Of a stretch of 64,000 nt of DNA, positions 58,726 through 64,000 are shown in pieces. The position numbers and the translations under genes were made by a program. The stretch comes from Phycisphaerales bacterium (GTDB taxonomy: Bacteria; Planctomycetota; Phycisphaerae; WQYP01), in the NCBI GenBank assembly GCA_027451365.1, contig DAIDJN010000005.1:9381-73380 (forward strand), given 5' to 3'. How positions within the stretch are numbered: the stretch's first letter is position 1; each line of letters starts with the position of its first letter. The notes below the pieces were generated by a model. That model was not told where the DNA came from and did not search any database. It saw nothing but the letters and a program-made list of their open reading frames with translations.

Positions 58726-59403
58726 ATGGAAGTCATTGTAATCAGCATCGGTGCGTTGGCCAAAAACTCGCTTTGGGGGGAAAAGACGCCTCTGCGAACC
58801 AGCCATGCCACCACCAGCCTTATTAAAACCGGAAATGAACTGATTCTGGTGGACCCTGCGCTGCCTGCCCCGGCCCTGGAAGCCCGTCTTTTCGAACGTA
58901 CCGGCCTGAAGCCCGACGCCATCACCCAGGTGTTCCTGACCAACTGGCGCCCCGCGCACCGCCGCGCGCTGACTCTGTTTTCAAAAGCCCGGTGGTTTAT
59001 GCACGCTGACGAAATTGCCGCCGCGACCAACGCCCTGCATGAAGCACAACGTTATGCGGATGAAGCCGCCGGAACCGACGCACAAGTGCTGGCGGACGAA
59101 TTGAAGCTTCTGGAACGGATGCAAAGCGCCCCAGATGAAATTGCGGACGATATCAGCCTGTTTCCCTTGCCGGGCTATTCGCCCGGTCAATGCGGTTTGC
59201 TGATAAGCCTTCCAACCAGCACGGTTCTGATCGCTGGCGATGCCGTCCCAACCGGTGCACACTTTGCCGCTGGCCAGGTTTTCCAGGAATGTTTCGATAT
59301 TCGCCGCGCCACCGATTCGCTGGCGGAGGTATATGAAATTGCTGATCAGATTATTCCCGGCCACGACAATATTTTCGTCAATCCGCGTACCTCCGGCATA
59401 TAA
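58726..59403 (+). CDS. Metallo-beta-lactamase-fold protein with degenerate metal ligands
   Basis: ILVDP; TNWRPAH in place of THxHxDH; PGYSPG; IAGDA; IPGHD. Confidence 0.8.
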   Translation: MEVIVISIGALAKNSLWGEKTPLRTSHATTSLIKTGNELILVDPALPAPALEARLFERTGLKPDAITQVFLTNWRPAHRRALTLFSKARWFMHADEIAAATNALHEAQRYADEAAGTDAQVLADELKLLERMQSAPDEIADDISLFPLPGYSPGQCGLLISLPTSTVLIAGDAVPTGAHFAAGQVFQECFDIRRATDSLAEVYEIADQIIPGHDNIFVNPRTSGI

Positions 59404-59522
59404 CAATTCCCGGCGGCGCATCGCGCATACCACGGACTTGTCAAATTCCGATCTCTGACATTCAACTTTTACCGGCTTTAAATTTTCGGCAAGCAAAGAT
59501 GTTTGTGGCGGCTCAGCCGCGG

Positions 59523-60227
59523 CTATGTTTTGCTTTCAGAATACGGCGCCACTCCCGCGCCAAACGCCGCCGCCACCAGGCCGCACAATCCGCAAAATCC
59601 GTAAACCGCAATACTCCAGAATAAATGCACGGATTGAAAACGATGCGCCTCCCGAGCAATTTGGAACGCCGGCACAAACCAGCGCCAGCCATCGGCCGAT
59701 TCTGGAAGAAATTCTGCCTGAAGATAAATCAACATTGGCCCGCCAATCACAATGGCCGCCAGAAGCCCCATGACGTACACCTGCGCAGTTTTGGAAACAC
59801 GGTGCAGCCACACCCCCGCCGCTATGGACAATAGCCCCATCACCCCTTGCAACAGCAGCAAAGCGCTGATGTTTATCCAGGCAATTTGCGACATCCATGC
59901 GGACCATACATACGCCGGAACCGACGCCACGGCTGCCGCCAGGCAGACCGCGCCCGCTATGCCGGCGGGTGACGCTCCGGATTTTACCACCGTCGCCGCA
60001 CGTTGCCCGCCGGCGACGGAAGGCAAAACCAGCAGCCAGAGTACAATCATCGCCTGATTGACATAAACGAATGCCAAATGCCACCAGGTCGCTCTATTGC
60101 CGTCGGCAGACCATCTGCAGTCCAGCGCTGCGGCGGTCAGCCCAAGGCCGGTGACGACAGCCGCGGACAAGGCACCAGCGACGACGTGCGCCGGAAATAC
60201 GGATTCCTGTTTGTTCGCAATTTCCAT
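59523..60227 (-). CDS. Hypothetical multi-pass membrane protein
   Basis: About six hydrophobic segments; co-oriented downstream of the fabF-like gene. Confidence 0.6.
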   Translation of the reverse strand: MEIANKQESVFPAHVVAGALSAAVVTGLGLTAAALDCRWSADGNRATWWHLAFVYVNQAMIVLWLLVLPSVAGGQRAATVVKSGASPAGIAGAVCLAAAVASVPAYVWSAWMSQIAWINISALLLLQGVMGLLSIAAGVWLHRVSKTAQVYVMGLLAAIVIGGPMLIYLQAEFLPESADGWRWFVPAFQIAREAHRFQSVHLFWSIAVYGFCGLCGLVAAAFGAGVAPYSESKT

Positions 60228-60257
60228 ATGCCGCTCATTGTAATATCAGACACGAAT

Positions 60258-61532
60258 TTATATCGGGCCAGGCATGACGCGAATGACCAGGGCCGAATTC
60301 TTGGATCCGAACGCAATACAATTACACAGCGCCCATTGCGCTGCGTTGCTGGCAATCGGCTTATTCGGCACATAGTTCAGAGTACACAACGGATCAGGAT
60401 CGGACAAATTAATCGTCGGATGAATAAACCCGGCCCGCAACGATAATATGGTTGCCGCCATACCCGCCGCACCGCACGCCCCCTGCGGATGGCCAATCAT
60501 TGATTTTCTTGAACTGCATGGAATTTCCGTCGCCCGTGGCCCCAATGCGCGTAGAATTCCGGCGGTTTCCAGTACATCATTCATCTGCGTGCCGGTGCCG
60601 TGCAGATTCACATAATCAATTTGAGAAGGCCCAATTCCGGCGTCTTCCATGGCCATCGACATGGCCCGTGCGCTTTGTACCACGTCCGGTGCCGGCGCGA
60701 CCCGATGATAGGCATCGCAGGTCGAACCCCATCCGCAAACTTCCGCCAGCACCGTCGCCCCGCGCTTTTCCGCATGGTCGGCATCCTCCAGAAGAAACAT
60801 CCAGGATCCCTCGCCGAGCACAAAGCCGTCGCGATTGCGGTTAAACGGCCGACTGGCCCGGCTGATTGGGTCTGTCGGCGCGGCCAGAATCCGCATCAAT
60901 TCAAAACCTTTCAGAATACCCTCGGTTATCGGCGCATCGGTCCCGCCCGCCAGCACCATCGGCACGTCACCGCGTTGAATATGTCGCATGGCATAGCCGA
61001 TCGCATCTGTGGAACTGGCACATCCGGTGGTGACCACATGTGAAAATCCGCGCAATCCCAAAGCAATCGATATTTCACTTGATATATTCCCATGTGTTCC
61101 GGCGGGTACAGTAAATGGGGAATATTTGCCATCGCCTGTAAAATAAGCTTTGTATTGAGGCTCTATAAAACCCAACGCGCCGCCGCCAGTGCCCAGCAGC
61201 ACAGCCATGTCCTGGCTCTGCGGCACATTGGCCGGATCGCAAATGATACCGGCCATTGCCAGAGCCTCCCGGCTCGCCGCAATTGCCAGCGGTACAAGGC
61301 GCCCAACCCGCCGCAAATCCCGCGCGTCCATCACACATTCCGGCTTAAAGCGTTCCACATGGCCGGCAAAGCCGACCCGCAAGGGCGATGTATCAAACGC
61401 GTGTATCCAGTCAATGCCGCTCTGGCCGGCGCGCAAATTCTTTGTAAATTCCGCCACTCCCAGACCATTGGGTGAAACCACTCCGATTCCGGTAACCATC
61501 ACACGACCGGATCGCTGCCATCGGAAATTCAT
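60258..61532 (-). CDS. fabF: Beta-ketoacyl-ACP synthase II family
   Basis: VMVTGIG, active-site TGCASS, DGFVLGEG, HGTGT, KSMIGH and FGSKN. Start estimated at MNFRW (GGAG RBS). Confidence 0.88.
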   Translation of the reverse strand: MNFRWQRSGRVMVTGIGVVSPNGLGVAEFTKNLRAGQSGIDWIHAFDTSPLRVGFAGHVERFKPECVMDARDLRRVGRLVPLAIAASREALAMAGIICDPANVPQSQDMAVLLGTGGGALGFIEPQYKAYFTGDGKYSPFTVPAGTHGNISSEISIALGLRGFSHVVTTGCASSTDAIGYAMRHIQRGDVPMVLAGGTDAPITEGILKGFELMRILAAPTDPISRASRPFNRNRDGFVLGEGSWMFLLEDADHAEKRGATVLAEVCGWGSTCDAYHRVAPAPDVVQSARAMSMAMEDAGIGPSQIDYVNLHGTGTQMNDVLETAGILRALGPRATEIPCSSRKSMIGHPQGACGAAGMAATILSLRAGFIHPTINLSDPDPLCTLNYVPNKPIASNAAQWALCNCIAFGSKNSALVIRVMPGPI

Positions 61533-61616
61533 CAGGCACTCCATGTCCGTCGCAGGAACGCCTGCTGCCTGGTGCCGCGTCCGCCGCGGTACCAGGCATC
61601 GGAACAGAAACATCAA

Positions 61617-62417
61617 TCAATGCGGCTTTCGCGCTGCATCCTGATAACGCCCCAGGAAACGCCGCCGCCAGTGAATAATAGGCTGCGCAACTCGCCGATG
61701 CAGCCGAATATACCAGCTTCGGTTTTGCGCTGCCGCAAAATCTTCCGGTGTGCAGACGTGTGGGGCCAGTCGCGTTTTATGTTTGTAAAAGTGATACCAG
61801 TCCTCGCGCTGCAGCCGCCGGAGTATTCCGCGCGTCACAAGATTATTCCACTTTCCGCCGCAATGAAACGAAATCTGAAAATCTATCAGCCACGGCCGTT
61901 GGTCTTCACCGTATATAATGTTTTCCCGCTTATTGGTATCCACGTAGGCCACGCCGCGGCTATGAATCGCCGTCAGCAGTTCATGCAGGCTTTGAAAAAA
62001 CTGCCCGTCCGGCTTGCATTCCGGGCACAGATCCACTCCTGGCACAAAGGCGTGCATGTATCCGGTCGGCCCGTATCCGCCCAGAAATTCCGGAATGCCG
62101 CGTATGCCCTGCAATTTCTGAAACAGGGCCATTTCATGCCGGGCCACCATTCGCCCCAGCCATTGCATAGGCAGTCCATACAGCGGATATGTCCTCTGCA
62201 GTTTCAGCACCGCCAGCGGCAGCTCCGCGACCACGTTTGAGTCCACCGTTGCTTCTTGGCGGTAAAGTCCGGTGGCTGCGAAAAAGTCATGCTTGAAAAC
62301 CTTCACAATTGCATAATTCCGCCCCCCCACTGTCGCCTGTTGCGGCAGGGATTCATAACCGAGCGCAAAAAAGCTTGCCGGTGCTTTCTTTCGATATTCT
62401 GGTCCTTCATTTTCCAT
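61617..62417 (-). CDS. Kinase-like protein (Kdo/WaaP/RIO-like fold)
   Basis: AVLK (ATP-binding Lys), ARHE, HSRGVAYVDTNKRENII catalytic loop and LIDFQ. Confidence 0.75.
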   Translation of the reverse strand: MENEGPEYRKKAPASFFALGYESLPQQATVGGRNYAIVKVFKHDFFAATGLYRQEATVDSNVVAELPLAVLKLQRTYPLYGLPMQWLGRMVARHEMALFQKLQGIRGIPEFLGGYGPTGYMHAFVPGVDLCPECKPDGQFFQSLHELLTAIHSRGVAYVDTNKRENIIYGEDQRPWLIDFQISFHCGGKWNNLVTRGILRRLQREDWYHFYKHKTRLAPHVCTPEDFAAAQNRSWYIRLHRRVAQPIIHWRRRFLGRYQDAARKPH

Positions 62418-62663
62418 GCGAAAAGTATACCCGACACCCGCAAACCAAGTCTTGGGGTTCCTGAATATTCATCGACGGTGGGCTTTATCATGTCGCCGTC
62501 AAAGGAATAATTCCGAATTAGACAAAATATTACCGGGCTTTCATCCGATAATACTCTTGTGTGTGCTTTACCGCGGCGGTCAACGTTTGATGCGACCCGC
62601 GGTCAACATTGGAAACAGCATTATTCGCATTGCGCGCACGCTCGTAATTGGAGGCGTTGCCTT

Positions 62664-63293
62664 ATGAAAATCGACATACTGGTATTTAACGGTGCCGAAG
62701 ACCTGGACTTTGTACCGCCGCAGGAAATTCTTGCCCGTGGCGGCCAGGCGGCTGGCGTTGCGGACCTTTCCATTCGCCTGGTCACGCCCACTCCCCAAAC
62801 GCAAATAACCACAGCCCACGGCATGAAGATTGTTCCCGACGGAACCATTGATGAAAACTGCGATGTGCTGGTTATTTCCGGCGGTGGCTGGGTAGCCAAT
62901 GACGGCCAGGGCGTCCGGGCATTAATTCTGAACCGATCCTTGCTCGAAACACTGCAAAGAATGCACCGGCGCGGCAAGCTGCTGGTCGGAATCTGCACCG
63001 GCGCGATGGTGCTGGCGCACGCCGGAATTTTGGTCAATCGGCGCGCCACCACCCATTATGCCGCTCAGGCCGCTTTGGCGGAATATGGCGCGATGCTTGT
63101 GCGTGCCCGCGTGGTGGATGATGGCGATGTAATCTCCTGCGGTGCGGTCACCGCCAGCCTGGACACAGCCTTCTGGATGGTTGAACGCTTCTGGGGCGAT
63201 ACAGTGGCGGATATGACCGCCCGCGTCATTGATTACCAGCCTTCTACCGATGTAGCCAAACCACTTTCCGGCCAAAAGCCGGTCCACGCCTGA
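62664..63293 (+). CDS. DJ-1/PfpI family protein
   Basis: ILVFNGAEDLD, ISGG, GICTGA nucleophile elbow and ATTH; GGAGG RBS. Confidence 0.9.
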   Translation: MKIDILVFNGAEDLDFVPPQEILARGGQAAGVADLSIRLVTPTPQTQITTAHGMKIVPDGTIDENCDVLVISGGGWVANDGQGVRALILNRSLLETLQRMHRRGKLLVGICTGAMVLAHAGILVNRRATTHYAAQAALAEYGAMLVRARVVDDGDVISCGAVTASLDTAFWMVERFWGDTVADMTARVIDYQPSTDVAKPLSGQKPVHA

Positions 63294-63381
63294 CAGGCCC
63301 AATTTCCGGGACAACCACAGCCGGGCAAAGCGTGGCCACCCGCGAGTTGATTTGGCGGCGATTTAAAAATAAGAAAAAAAA

Positions 63382-63465
63382 TGCCGGAGGAGGGAATCGA
63401 ACCCACACTCTCTTGCGAGAACTGGATTTTGAGTCCAGCGCGTCTGCCAGTTCCGCCACTCCGGC
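63382..63465 (-). tRNA. tRNA-Leu(CAA)
   Basis: GCCGGAGTGGCGGAACTGGCAGACGCGCTGGACTCAAAATCCAGTTCTCGCAAGAGAGTGTGGGTTCGATTCCCTCCTCCGGCA folds as a cloverleaf with anticodon CAA and a long variable arm; CCA not encoded. Confidence 0.97.
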
Positions 63466-64000
63466 TATGAATTGAATTATACTATCGCATTGGTTTTCGC
63501 GAAAGTGGCGACAGCCTGCTTTTTTCCATCGGACGCGAAACGCGAAATGCCGGGGGAATTGGTAGAGTATGAACGGTTACTTATAATTGGGCCACCTGCG
63601 GGCCGGCAGCCCGGGTATATTTGCCTTTCAGGAGTTAGCCACGGCGGGTTTTAGGGGAGAACAGCGGCTATTTTCAAAAGCACCGGGATCAAATGAATTA
63701 TCCGCGTTACCGCGCCAAAGGATGGCCGCTGGGATAATTGCCCGCTTCATCTGAAACTTAGACCTGCGGCATACTTGAACGAACCGCTTCACTTGATTAC
63801 TGGATGCTGCATTTCCATTTTTTACTTGTATTGGGGATGTTGGAGGGGTATAAACAGGGCATTGCAAATGGGTATGCCGGGTTCGCGGTTTGATGATTTT
63901 GGTTCAATCGGGGCCGTAAGATGGTCAGGAATGCGGATAGCATAGAAAACGCGATTGGTCCCCAGCGGCCAGGCGGGCGATATGCGTATGGGTTTGGCGG

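Noticed and set aside
63294..64000. tRNA-Leu as an integration site; possible gene end at the window edge
   Set aside because: No duplicated tRNA 3' end or integrase seen, and the edge frames are not recognisable.
1..64000. CRISPR arrays, prophage, defence genes, and the many antisense ORFs in the track
   Set aside because: No regularly spaced repeats or hallmark genes were found. The antisense/overlapping ORFs are shadows of GC-rich real genes.

Overview
GC-rich bacterial chromosome window, most likely Planctomycetota/Phycisphaerae. This is inferred from two PEP-CTERM proteins, a DUF1559/prepilin-like protein, a DUF4159 protein and an Hc1-like histone. Most genes are housekeeping (topA, priA, rnd, trxB, folD, aroF, uvrA, nnrE, fabZ/fabF-like, tRNA-Leu), mixed with glycan-utilisation genes (GH74, GH3, a sodium:solute symporter, two unknown CAZyme-like proteins), a 1855-aa Gly-rich repeat PEP-CTERM surface protein, and a complete IS630 that splits a small membrane-protein gene. 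The most notable unannotated signals are: (1) a complete, apparently leaderless Phe/Trp/Tyr leader-peptide attenuator upstream of DAHP synthase; (2) two intergenic, highly structured + strand elements (about 1816-2188 and 34193-34585) sharing a CUCCGGUGUAAA(U)CGCAA loop in different but equally paired stems, the second bounded by ~40-bp inverted repeats in front of the giant surface protein; (3) a KamA-family radical-SAM aminomutase that lacks the lysine-binding residues, transcribed divergently from the attenuator; (4) a 58-aa Hc1-like protein missed by the ORF track. All family calls come from motifs recognised by eye; no database search was run.
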